Origin: Bacteroidales bacterium UBA1715
Lineage (GTDB): Bacteria > Bacteroidota > Bacteroidia > Bacteroidales > UBA1715
DNA: 64,000 nucleotides
NCBI GenBank assembly: GCA_002317135.1
Contig: DCIX01000016.1
Coordinates: forward strand, 4,136-68,135
Direction of reading: 5' to 3'
Shown: one piece after another, positions 1 through 8,651 of the stretch
Numbering within the stretch: the stretch's first letter is position 1
How the letters are laid out: each line of letters starts with the position of its first letter
Notes under the pieces: model-generated
The model's database searches: none
The model's input: only the letters and a program-made list of their open reading frames with translations
What the model was told of the DNA's origin: nothing
Translations under genes and position numbers: made by a program

Positions 1-1947
1 ATCTTATGTGTACCTGTGACAACTTCTAATGGCATTTGTTATAGAAGGGCTATAAAACATATTGATGAATCAAATCGCAGGATTAGTTATATTGATATTG
101 AGACAGGAGAAATAGTGAAGATTGAAGATCAAATATATTATGGAATGGTTAGTGATTCGGTATTTACTCGATATAATGGATGGCAATTGATGGATAGTTA
201 TTATGATAAGAAGTTGTATTATTTATATGATACAAAGCGAAATATCTATACATACAATGCTTCATCTGCTGTTTTTTCTGGAGAGGTTGTTGATTATAGA
301 AACGAAAGTGATTCTATAACATCTGTTTCTTCAAAGTGGTCGGCAATGTTATCTAATATAAATGTTTCGTGTACGGATAATTCTGATTGGTATCATGAGA
401 TAGGGGAAGGTGATCCCGATTTGTTTGTGAGGGTGTTTTCTTCTGGAGGTGTTGAACTTTGTAAAACACAACATGAAAATGGTTTTTTAGAACGAGAATT
501 TTCTGATTTACAAGTTCAGGTAGATAAGGGAAGTTATATTGTTGTTTATGATCACGATACGTTTAAGGATGACATAGGTGATACTATATACATTGAAAGT
601 CTTAGTAGTGGAACATATAGTTGGAACGGCGAAAATACGTACGGACAAATAGTATTAGAAGGGAATCCTGCTGTTAGTGCTCATTGGGGGATGCAAAAGG
701 TCTATGACTTCTATAAGGAAAATTTTGACTTGACTGGATATAATAATTTAGGAACCTATATATATCAGTTTGTTGATCCTTATGGTATTTCTAATACTCA
801 TAACCTTGCTAATGCGTATTCTTCGAATGATAATAATGGGGTTGGGTTTATGTGTTATGGTTTGGGTAATCAAGAGTTTGATGCATTCGTTTCTTTGGAT
901 ATTATTGCTCATGAGTATACGCATTTGGTTATAAGCTTTAATGGTAATGGAGGGTTGACATATTCGGGGGAATCAGGCGCGTTGAATGAATCTTTTGCAG
1001 ATATTATGGCTTGTGCAATAGAACATTATGCAATTGGTGATTCTTCAAATTATGAGATTGGAGAAAATATAGATAAAAATTATTCAAATATACGTTCTCT
1101 AAAATATCCCAAAGAGGGAAGGAATGGATTGATGCAACAACCCGATACATACAAGGGAGATTATTGGGTTGATGTTTCAAGTCGTGAATTAGACAATGGC
1201 GGGGTTCATAGTAATAGTGGAGTTCAAAATAAGTGGTTTTATTTGTTGTGTGAAGGTGGTTCGGGAGAGAATGACAATGGATATAATTATAATGTAGAGG
1301 GTATTGGAATAGAAAAGGCTCATAAGATAGCATTTTACACTTTAAGGTATTATTTGACGAAAAACTCACTTTATTGGGATGCGTATGAAGGATCTTTGTT
1401 TTCGGCTCAAAACTTGTATGGTAAAAATTCGGTGGAATATCAATCTGTGTTGAATGCGTGGCATGCAGTTGGTCTTGGAATTGATTATACTGAAACCAAA
1501 CCTGTTTACGTTGTTGTAGGAACTCCTCAATTAGACTCGACGGGGTATGTGTTGGGAAGTTCGTTATATGCAAAGGGGGATATTGCAAAATTAGAGGCTG
1601 TCCCTAAGGATGGTTATGTGTTTAAGCAGTGGAACGATGGGAATATGGACAATCCACGTGAATTCGTTGTGAACGACACTGTTTCAATATTTGCGGTTTT
1701 TGTTCTTGAGCATATTGATAGATCGTCTTTAGAAGATGTTTATATGGATGTTCGAGAACCTGTTGTAAAAGTTCAGAATGGGAAAATTATGATTGATGGG
1801 GATGGAAATAATACAATAGCAATTTACTCTATGGCAGGCCAATGTGTATATAGGAAGAAAAATATGCAGATGGCAGAGATTGATGTGTTCCCAGGTGTTT
1901 ATATCGTACAATATGGCGATTGTACAAAAAAAATGGTTGTAAGATAA
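1..1947 (+). CDS. M4 (thermolysin-family) metalloprotease with C2-like insert, InlB-B/Flg_new-like repeat and T9SS C-terminal domain; 5' end probably outside window
   Basis: HEYTH zinc motif, GALNESFADI, GGVHSNSGV. The frame is open from base 1. C-terminus IYSMAGQ...PGVYIV...KKMVVR is typical of T9SS sorting domains. Confidence 0.9.
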   Translation: MLCVPVTTSNGICYRRAIKHIDESNRRISYIDIETGEIVKIEDQIYYGMVSDSVFTRYNGWQLMDSYYDKKLYYLYDTKRNIYTYNASSAVFSGEVVDYRNESDSITSVSSKWSAMLSNINVSCTDNSDWYHEIGEGDPDLFVRVFSSGGVELCKTQHENGFLEREFSDLQVQVDKGSYIVVYDHDTFKDDIGDTIYIESLSSGTYSWNGENTYGQIVLEGNPAVSAHWGMQKVYDFYKENFDLTGYNNLGTYIYQFVDPYGISNTHNLANAYSSNDNNGVGFMCYGLGNQEFDAFVSLDIIAHEYTHLVISFNGNGGLTYSGESGALNESFADIMACAIEHYAIGDSSNYEIGENIDKNYSNIRSLKYPKEGRNGLMQQPDTYKGDYWVDVSSRELDNGGVHSNSGVQNKWFYLLCEGGSGENDNGYNYNVEGIGIEKAHKIAFYTLRYYLTKNSLYWDAYEGSLFSAQNLYGKNSVEYQSVLNAWHAVGLGIDYTETKPVYVVVGTPQLDSTGYVLGSSLYAKGDIAKLEAVPKDGYVFKQWNDGNMDNPREFVVNDTVSIFAVFVLEHIDRSSLEDVYMDVREPVVKVQNGKIMIDGDGNNTIAIYSMAGQCVYRKKNMQMAEIDVFPGVYIVQYGDCTKKMVVR

Positions 1948-1956
1948 AATTGAACT

Positions 1957-2565
1957 ATGTTGATAGGATATACAGATGTTGAATATGTAAATGGATTTAT
2001 GAATTCTGACAATAAGGTGATTAGTCACTTTAAAAAAAAATATCAGAAGAAGTTTGCAAATTTTATAAAACATAAATATCTCAATACCCCAGATGTGGAT
2101 ATTGACGATATTTTTCAGGAATCGTTAGATTCACTTTGGGAAAATATTAGGAATGGTAAGTATGTACATAAAAATAGTTTGGAAACATATTTCTTTTCTA
2201 TTGGACTAAACAACAGAAGAAAAAAATATAGAATCTCCCAAAAAGTTGATTGTTCTATGTATGAAGAAAATGAAGGATGGGAGAATTGGGAGGAACAAGC
2301 AGATGATTTCGAGTCAAAGGAATTATGCCTACAAGTTATAAATGAAGTTTTGGATACTTTTTTTCAAGTTTCCTCTCCATGTTTGCAAATTATACGTAAT
2401 TATTTTTTTGAAGGTCTAAAAGGACAAGCATCAGCAAAATTACTTGGGTTTTTAAATACAGATGTGTTAAAAACAGAAAAATATAAATGTATGAAACGAT
2501 TAGAAATCAAGATCAGAGAAGAAATAAAATTGCGAGATCCTAGTAATGTCTATATAGTGAGTTAG
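1957..2565 (+). CDS. ECF-type sigma-70 factor
   Basis: Region 2 motif DDIFQESLDSLWENI...SLETYFFSI; region 4-like CLQII...YFFEG...LLGF...KYKCMKRL. Confidence 0.85.
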   Translation: MLIGYTDVEYVNGFMNSDNKVISHFKKKYQKKFANFIKHKYLNTPDVDIDDIFQESLDSLWENIRNGKYVHKNSLETYFFSIGLNNRRKKYRISQKVDCSMYEENEGWENWEEQADDFESKELCLQVINEVLDTFFQVSSPCLQIIRNYFFEGLKGQASAKLLGFLNTDVLKTEKYKCMKRLEIKIREEIKLRDPSNVYIVS

Positions 2566-2567
2566 TT

Positions 2568-3185
2568 ATGGAACCCAAAAGTGAATTAGAAGAAATAGAG
2601 TTGTTTGATGCTTACATGGACAATTCGTTATCTATGCAAGATCAAATGGATTTTGAAAAACGTATGGCATCAGATGTGTCGTTCAAAAGACGATATCAGT
2701 TGCATGTTATGCTTGTTGAAGAAATTCGGAAAAGATTATTTCGAGAACAATTAAAAGAATATGAGTTGCAGCAAAAAACGTTTAGAGTACATTTGATTTC
2801 ATATGTTGCTGCAGCGTGTGTTTGTATGGTTATGGGCGGAGGGGCGTATTATCAGAATTATACAGTTTTGGATTCTCAGTCAATGGAGCAGGTTAATTTT
2901 TCTCATTTTTCATATGAAGGAGCTTTGTTTGATGGAAAGACTGTAGAAGATGCGTTAGTTTCTGGAAATACAAAATCATTACAAAATATAGTCGATAAAT
3001 TGCAAAAGCAAAATCAGTTAGTGCCTCGAGACGGGCTCCAGGATGATTTGGATTGGACACAGGTAATGATATATGCAAAGGAGCATAAGGTTATAAAAGC
3101 TCGAAAACTTTTGCGAAAGATTAAAAAATCGGACAGTAAATATAGATATGAGGCTCAAAAATTAATGGAAAGTTTGTGGTTCTAA
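2568..3185 (+). CDS. Putative anti-sigma factor (N-terminal helical domain, one TM segment, TPR-like C-terminus)
   Basis: 2 bp after the sigma gene; FDAYMDNSLS..DQMDFEKRM motif; hydrophobic YVAAACVCMVMGGG segment. Confidence 0.65.
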   Translation: MEPKSELEEIELFDAYMDNSLSMQDQMDFEKRMASDVSFKRRYQLHVMLVEEIRKRLFREQLKEYELQQKTFRVHLISYVAAACVCMVMGGGAYYQNYTVLDSQSMEQVNFSHFSYEGALFDGKTVEDALVSGNTKSLQNIVDKLQKQNQLVPRDGLQDDLDWTQVMIYAKEHKVIKARKLLRKIKKSDSKYRYEAQKLMESLWF

Positions 3186-3603
3186 GCACAGTTTATATTC
3201 TGTTTTTAGTGTGACAGATTTTGAGGGGAAAACTTTCAATGGTGTTTTTCCTTTCAAAGGTGGGAATCTTACGGCTACTTTGTGTTCATTTTTCTCTTGA
3301 AAAGAAAAACTAACCATCTCCATATAAATGTTATCCTCCAATAGAGATGGAGTGTACGCCATCTCTACAAATTGCTGACAATATGTGAATACATCAAATA
3401 ATGTCATCTTTAATTTCCCCAAAATCAGTTTCGATTCTCGTTGGAGCATTTTAGCACGATGAACCACGCGTGAGCTCATCAGTGAAAATATTTCGCAAGA
3501 CGGAAGTACAGGATTCCGTAAAATTTTGCGTTGGCTAGATTGACAAAAAAAAGATTGGTCGGTAATATTTAGTAGAACTCTCATTTTTAAAATAATCGTA
3601 AAC

Positions 3604-3656
3604 ATGGAACAAAAGAAGGCTTTTATCCCGGTAGATTTTTCGCAATACGAAAATTC
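3604..3656 (+). pseudogene. 5' stump of a gene (MEQKKAFIPVDFSQYEN...) cut by the IS end
   Basis: ATG behind an A-rich Bacteroidota-style leader; frame runs directly into the IS terminal repeat. Confidence 0.35.
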
Positions 3657-3659
3657 GGC

Positions 3660-3720
3660 TTAATGGTCAAAACGGTACCTAAAATTTGAATGTTTTTATT
3701 TAATGGTCAAAAAAGTACCT
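3660..3720. repeat. Direct duplication of the IS end motif
   Basis: TTAATGGTCAAAACGGTACCT (3660-3680) and TTAATGGTCAAAAAAGTACCT (3700-3720). Confidence 0.85.
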
Positions 3721-4636
3721 ATTTTTTATTGTAAAAGTATTGGTCAATAAATTTCATTTTATTTAGCTTAGACAATCCATTATGAACTCGGATTTTGGTT
3801 TTTAGATCCGTAAATAGAGCTTCTATTCCGTTGTTCGTATTGGGTAAGGTTGTATCAGGATAATCGTAAAATGTCCACAATAAAGCCATATTTCGTTTTA
3901 TGCTTAAATAGGCACTACGTAAGCGTTGATGCATAAAACGAGTTTTTCCTGTTTTGGGTTCAACACTCCTTTCTTTTAAGAAGTCTTTCCATCGCAAGTA
4001 CCACTCTTCAAACATTCCTACGAACGACTCTTTATCCGTATGACAAAGTTGTAATGCTATATGTAGAAGTTCCTTTGATGCTTGTAGTTCAGGCTTACTT
4101 GTAAGATAAAATTTCACTGTCTTTACTTGATGAAACTGACAATACTGAACCTTGTACTTGGATAGTGCCGTAGCGAGACCAATCCATCACAAACGAGTCC
4201 TAATATGTTAAAACCATTATTTTCGAGCCATTCTACGCCTTCTATGTAATCAGCGACAGTTTCTTTCTTGGACAGGAACTTTCTCCATAAGATTTTATTC
4301 CTATGCGCATCTTTAAACACCAAGACACCGAATCTGTGTCCCCAATACGTGGCGTCCATCAAGACAACCACATCTTTCTCTTTTGAAACCAAACGCTTGT
4401 GGTGTATTGTTTTAAAACGACGTTGGATTGTACTTATTGATATCTGATGGGATTCTGAAAGTTGTTTTAACGTTTGTTTTCCCTTTGTGTATTCTTCATA
4501 TAGGAGTTCATTTGATATTTGCTCTGTCCTTGTGAAGAATCGGCTACAATCCTTACAAAACCAACGTTGTAATCCTCTTTGAACACCTTTCTTGATTACA
4601 TTTTGCCCCTTACAATAAAAGCAGATTTTTACTCAT
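3719..4636 (-). pseudogene. Frameshifted DDE transposase
   Basis: Joined frames give CFYC...CKDC zinc ribbon, HTH, MDATY, CDG, CQFH (C(2)H motif) and TNNGIE. Frame breaks at about 4180 and just after the ATG at 4636. Confidence 0.85.
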
Positions 4637-4895
4637 TTTCTTAAAAATACTGTAAATATATAAAATTCAATTTATTAGAAGGTTTTCTTTTTTGACCATT
4701 AGACCTTGAGTTATTACCTATCGTCCGACTCTTAGCAAGATTACATTCTGAGAAGTGTTATTGCCAAAAGTCAGGCATTTTTGTGTCGCAAAATAGAAGT
4801 TATTCAAGAATATCCGGCAATATTTGCACAAAAAAGGATATTTTTCTTCTTTTTCTATGCAAAAATTGGTAATTTTACACGCAAAACGTGGAAAC

Positions 4896-5525
4896 ATGCA
4901 GAAGAATCCATTACTTCAGTTCGCAGGCATACCCGTTTCGGGTTCCGACATCAAGACTTGTTATCCTCATCTTGCTTCTCCTGAGAAGAAACTCTGTACA
5001 TTGGAGCAAAGCGGAGAGATAATTCGGCTGAAACGCAACCTGTATATAATAAATAAGGAGTTGACAGGCAGAATGACTGATGCACGCCTTTGTGCTAATC
5101 ATCTTTACGGTCCGTCATACGTCTCCTTGCAATGGGCTTTGCGTTTCTATGGCATAATTCCCGAGCAAGTCTTTACTATGACATGTGTTACGACCAAGCG
5201 TAGCCGGACATTCAATACTCCTATAGGAGTTTTTAGCTATACTCAAGTTCCTCCTTCCTACTTCCCGATAGGCGTGAGTAGTATTGAGGAAAACGCTGTT
5301 TGCTTTCTGATGGCAAGCCGAGAAAAAGCATTGTGCGACACCATTCTATATGATAATTTTGTGCCACACAAATCCATCAAATCTCTTCTCACATACCTTG
5401 AAGAAGACATGCGACTTGACATGGACATCTTGTCTGAGTTAAACACAGATATCATTGAGGAGTGTGCAAACGCTGGTCGCAAGACACAGATACTTAACAA
5501 CCTGATTAAAATCATTAAGCAATGA
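4896..5525 (+). CDS. abiEi: Type IV toxin-antitoxin antitoxin, AbiEi family
   Basis: IIRLKRNLY, PSYVSLQWALRFYGIIPEQV, ASREKALCD motifs; overlaps the toxin gene. Start placed at MQKNP. Confidence 0.85.
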   Translation: MQKNPLLQFAGIPVSGSDIKTCYPHLASPEKKLCTLEQSGEIIRLKRNLYIINKELTGRMTDARLCANHLYGPSYVSLQWALRFYGIIPEQVFTMTCVTTKRSRTFNTPIGVFSYTQVPPSYFPIGVSSIEENAVCFLMASREKALCDTILYDNFVPHKSIKSLLTYLEEDMRLDMDILSELNTDIIEECANAGRKTQILNNLIKIIKQ

Positions 5526-6349
5526 CAACATACGAATCAATGCTCTCCGCCTACCGAGATGCAAACGGGACAGCAACACCTAATGCCGAGCAGGAGGTCT
5601 GCCAGATGATTACTCTCGCTGGGCTTCGCCGAGGCGGTTTCTTTGACCATGCCGCCTTCTATGGTGGAACATGCCTGCGTATTTTCCACGGTCTTCCTCG
5701 TTTTTCGGAAGATATGGATTTCTCTCTGACGACAAAACGCGATGACATTCATCTGGAGAACTATTTCGATGCCATACGCGAAGAATTTCGCATAGCAGGT
5801 TTCGAAGTAGAGATTACTAAAAAGGAAAAGAAATTTTTCGGACGCGTGGAATCGGCTTTTCTTAAGGAGAATACCGAAGCCTACGACATTAAGTTCCAGA
5901 CACGCAAGATAGTCAAGGTAAAGATAGAGTTGGACACGAATCCTCCTTTGTTGTTCCAGACAGAGCAGAAACTTCTTATGCGTCCTCATTCTTTCATGAC
6001 ACGATGTTTCACCCTACCCGACCTTTATGCAGGCAAGATGCACGCACTCGTTTATCGTGCCTGGCAGCGTCGTATCAAGGGGCGCGATTGGTATGACTTT
6101 GAGTGGTATGTCCGCAATGGTATTGCACTCAACTTCAATCACCTGCAAGCAAGAATAAAGGAATTCAGCAGTGAGGATGTCGACCGCAAACAATTCATGG
6201 AACAACTTCGCCATAAACTCGCAACCTCAGACATAGAAAACGTGAAGCAGGACGTGCTGCCCTATATAAGCATGCACCAACAATCGGATCTTGATATTTG
6301 GTCGAACGACTACTTCCTGCAGTTGGCTGATTTGATAAAATTTGAATAA
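5522..6349 (+). CDS. abiEii: Nucleotidyltransferase toxin, AbiEii/AbiGii family
   Basis: FYGGTCLR...RFSEDMDFS, KMHAL, KGRDWYD. Confidence 0.9.
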   Translation: MTTYESMLSAYRDANGTATPNAEQEVCQMITLAGLRRGGFFDHAAFYGGTCLRIFHGLPRFSEDMDFSLTTKRDDIHLENYFDAIREEFRIAGFEVEITKKEKKFFGRVESAFLKENTEAYDIKFQTRKIVKVKIELDTNPPLLFQTEQKLLMRPHSFMTRCFTLPDLYAGKMHALVYRAWQRRIKGRDWYDFEWYVRNGIALNFNHLQARIKEFSSEDVDRKQFMEQLRHKLATSDIENVKQDVLPYISMHQQSDLDIWSNDYFLQLADLIKFE

Positions 6350-6355
6350 ACAAAT

Positions 6356-6455
6356 ATGAGAGAAAAAAAAAAGACAGATGCCCACCGAATGAGCTCTTGC
6401 GGTGCTGGACAATGCTCCATACTTGACCTTCAGCATAGCTGATAAAGAGGAATAC
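6356..6455 (+). pseudogene. Remnant of a pyridoxamine-5'-phosphate oxidase / Nim-like gene (N-terminus only)
   Basis: MR..(frameshift in A run)..RQMPTE*ALAVLDNAPYLTFSIAD resembles the N-terminus of Nim/PNPOx-like proteins; contains an in-frame TGA. Confidence 0.5.
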
Positions 6456-6508
6456 TCAAAAAAAAGAAGGTTATACTCAAACAAAACAGGAAATACAATA
6501 ACACCAAA

Positions 6509-7297
6509 ATGATAAAACAATACATAGTAGATGCATTCACAGACAAGGTATTCCAAGGTAATCCTGCAGCTGTCTGTGTTCTTGATAAGTGGCCTGAGGA
6601 GCAACTTATGATGAACATAGCTGCAGAAAACAACCTTTCGGAAACAGCATTCATAGTAAAGGAAGAGGAAAACTATAGACTCAGGTGGTTCACTCCTACC
6701 TGTGAAGTTGGTTTATGCGGTCATGCTACTCTCGCGTCAGGATTCGTGGTGCTCAATTATTACGAGGCGGGTACGACAAGCGTTACTTTCAATACCCAAG
6801 GAGGTATATTGACAGTAACCAGGAAGTGCAATATGTATGAGATGCTTTTCCCAAATGTTGCTCTTGAAAGAGTAAAAGTGACAGAGGACATGCTTGAAGC
6901 CCTCGGAACGGTTCCAGTTGAAATTCTGATGGGAAAAGACCTTGACCTTATCTGCGTTCTGCAAGATAAAGAACAAGTAAAAGACTTTGTGCCTTATGCT
7001 GCTACGCTGAAGAAGCTGCCAGGCAGAATGGTTCACATCACAGCACTAGGAACGAATGGCTACGACTGCGTGTCAAGATGCTTCGGTCCGAAGATAGGCA
7101 TACTGGAAGATCCTGTCTGCGGAAGTGCACACTGTCAGATAGTACCTTACTGGGCAAAAAGACTTGGTAAAAACGTCATAAATGCTTGGGAAGCTTCACA
7201 TCGTGGAGGAGAATTACAGGGAGAAGTTATTGACGACAAGCACTTATACCTAAGAGGTAAAGCAGTATTGTTTTCGCAATCCGACATTAATCTGTAA
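6509..7297 (+). CDS. PhzF family epimerase/isomerase
   Basis: VDAFT..FQGNPAAV, NLSETAF, LRWFTP..EVGLCGHATLA, EDPVCGSAH. Confidence 0.92.
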   Translation: MIKQYIVDAFTDKVFQGNPAAVCVLDKWPEEQLMMNIAAENNLSETAFIVKEEENYRLRWFTPTCEVGLCGHATLASGFVVLNYYEAGTTSVTFNTQGGILTVTRKCNMYEMLFPNVALERVKVTEDMLEALGTVPVEILMGKDLDLICVLQDKEQVKDFVPYAATLKKLPGRMVHITALGTNGYDCVSRCFGPKIGILEDPVCGSAHCQIVPYWAKRLGKNVINAWEASHRGGELQGEVIDDKHLYLRGKAVLFSQSDINL

Positions 7298-7407
7298 GAA
7301 TCCAATAATCAGAAATCCTACAAAAATCATATATAAAAAAATGAAAAGTTTACTCATAAAAGATACAACACTTATACACAATTTTGCAATTTCATAAATT
7401 ATAACCT

Positions 7408-7620
7408 ATGGATTCAATATTAGTAAATGATATATTCGAACTATTTCCATTTGTCGATGAAGAAACAAATGAAGTAATGTATGAAGTACTTGATGCTGAC
7501 AAAGCAATTGAAGAGTTCGGAATTCTTAGTAAATCATTGGTAGATATGTATTACAATGTGAATACTAATCAATATGACGAAGACGGATTAGAAAAGGAAA
7601 TCTACAAAATAATGAAATAA
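7408..7620 (+). CDS. Small acidic hypothetical protein
   Basis: 70-aa ORF with plausible start and stop-start coupling (TAATG) to the next ORF. Confidence 0.5.
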   Translation: MDSILVNDIFELFPFVDEETNEVMYEVLDADKAIEEFGILSKSLVDMYYNVNTNQYDEDGLEKEIYKIMK

Positions 7621-7736
7621 TGGAAAAATCACTTTTGATAAAGGACCGCAAGGAGGTAGATAAGGCAATGAAGCAGCTCAAGGAGGAAGGTGCGATCGTT
7701 TCGCCTGTACGTTGCAAGTGGGCACCTGCAGAGTAA
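7620..7736 (+). pseudogene. Chimeric 38-aa ORF: MEKSLLIKD fused to the C-terminal half of a small winged-HTH (MarR-like) protein
   Basis: Manual translation [38 protein letters not shown]. Confidence 0.6.
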
Positions 7737-7740
7737 GATT

Positions 7741-7974
7741 ATGACACACGGACATGAAGTATTAGAGATGATGTTTGGCAATAGCTACTCATCTCGCGAA
7801 GATTTGGTAAATGCCATCATCAATAAGTTTGGTGCAGACGAACGTTTCTACACCTGTAGTGCAGAGAACATGACGGCTGCTGAGCTTGTGGCTTTCCTTG
7901 AGGCAAAGGGCAAGTTCATGCCAGCTGGAGGCGACGGCTTTACGGCCGACAAATCAAAGATGTGCAATCACTAA
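7741..7974 (+). CDS. YecH (DUF2492) family putative metal-binding protein
   Basis: HGHEVLEMM, FGADERFYTCSAENM, C-terminal CNH; start moved to 7741. Confidence 0.85.
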   Translation: MTHGHEVLEMMFGNSYSSREDLVNAIINKFGADERFYTCSAENMTAAELVAFLEAKGKFMPAGGDGFTADKSKMCNH

Positions 7975-7985
7975 AGGCATTGAAT

Positions 7986-8153
7986 ATGAACGAAAACTTG
8001 AGACCTGTTTGTCCGCATAATCCGGACTTCGAGTGTACTTGTCCCAAAGAGTGTCCACGTCACGGCAAATGCTGTGGGTGTGTGGCTCATCATCGTGAAC
8101 ATGGCAAACTACCACATTGTTTACGAACTCCAAAGAACGAAGGTAAAGCATGA
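7986..8153 (+). CDS. Small Cys/His-rich protein (DUF6485-like)
   Basis: CTCPKECPRHGKCCGCVAHH...LPHC. Confidence 0.7.
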   Translation: MNENLRPVCPHNPDFECTCPKECPRHGKCCGCVAHHREHGKLPHCLRTPKNEGKA

Positions 8154-8449
8154 CACGGATAGAGGAAGAAAAGAAAACTGTCAGTCAGATGGTAGAAATT
8201 TACTGCCATAGGAAGAAGCACGTAAGCAAAGTCCTTTGCGAAGAGTGCTCCGCCCTACTCGACTACGCCTACCAGCGTCTGGATCATTGTAAGTTTGGCG
8301 AGAAGAAACCAACTTGCAAGAAATGTCCTATCCATTGCTATAAGCCGGACATGAAGGAGCGGATGCGTCAAGCCATGCGCTATGCAGGTCCTCGCATGAT
8401 GTGGTATCATCCTATTGCAGCCATCAAACATTTAATCAGAGAATTATAA
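8150..8449 (+). CDS. YgbA / nitrous-oxide-stimulated promoter family protein
   Basis: EKKTV..M..IYC, CEEC..L..YA..RL..C, KPTCKKCPIHCYKP, MRYAGPRMM..HP. Confidence 0.9.
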   Translation: MTRIEEEKKTVSQMVEIYCHRKKHVSKVLCEECSALLDYAYQRLDHCKFGEKKPTCKKCPIHCYKPDMKERMRQAMRYAGPRMMWYHPIAAIKHLIREL

Positions 8450-8453
8450 AAAA

Positions 8454-8651
8454 ATGACTCCTCCAAGTATCGAGACATCAACAAAAGAAGAGCGAATGAA
8501 CTACGTTCGCGATGAATGGGAATGCATACACAACTGCGAGCTTTGTGGAAAATGCCACATACTCAAAGGGCGTGATGCAGAGGAATTGTATATAGACTAC
8601 ATCGAATGGAAACGGTCATATATTGATATTACATTGGAGATTAGAAAATGA
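8454..8651 (+). CDS. Small Cys-rich hypothetical protein
   Basis: TKEER...CIHNCELCGKC; coupled to both neighbours. Confidence 0.7.
   Translation: MTPPSIETSTKEERMNYVRDEWECIHNCELCGKCHILKGRDAEELYIDYIEWKRSYIDITLEIRK

Larger units (their letters stand above)
3657..4705 (-). mobile_element. IS256/Mutator-like insertion sequence (Zn-ribbon variant), degenerate
   Basis: Terminal inverted repeats GGCTTAATGGTCAAAA (from 3657) and, as reverse complement, GGTCTAATGGTCAAAA (ending 4705), enclosing transposase fragments. Confidence 0.8.

Noticed and set aside
3162-3605. 147-aa minus-strand ORF
   Set aside because: No recognisable motif, overlaps the anti-sigma 3' end and covers hairpin-rich DNA; probably a chance ORF
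6385-6395. In-frame TGA as possible recoding (Sec/Trp)
   Set aside because: The fragment is also frameshifted and truncated, and TGA serves as a normal stop in neighbouring genes
6350-8650. Integron-like cassette array
   Set aside because: No integrase and no repeated attC-like palindromes between the small genes; kept only as a recombination-hotspot finding
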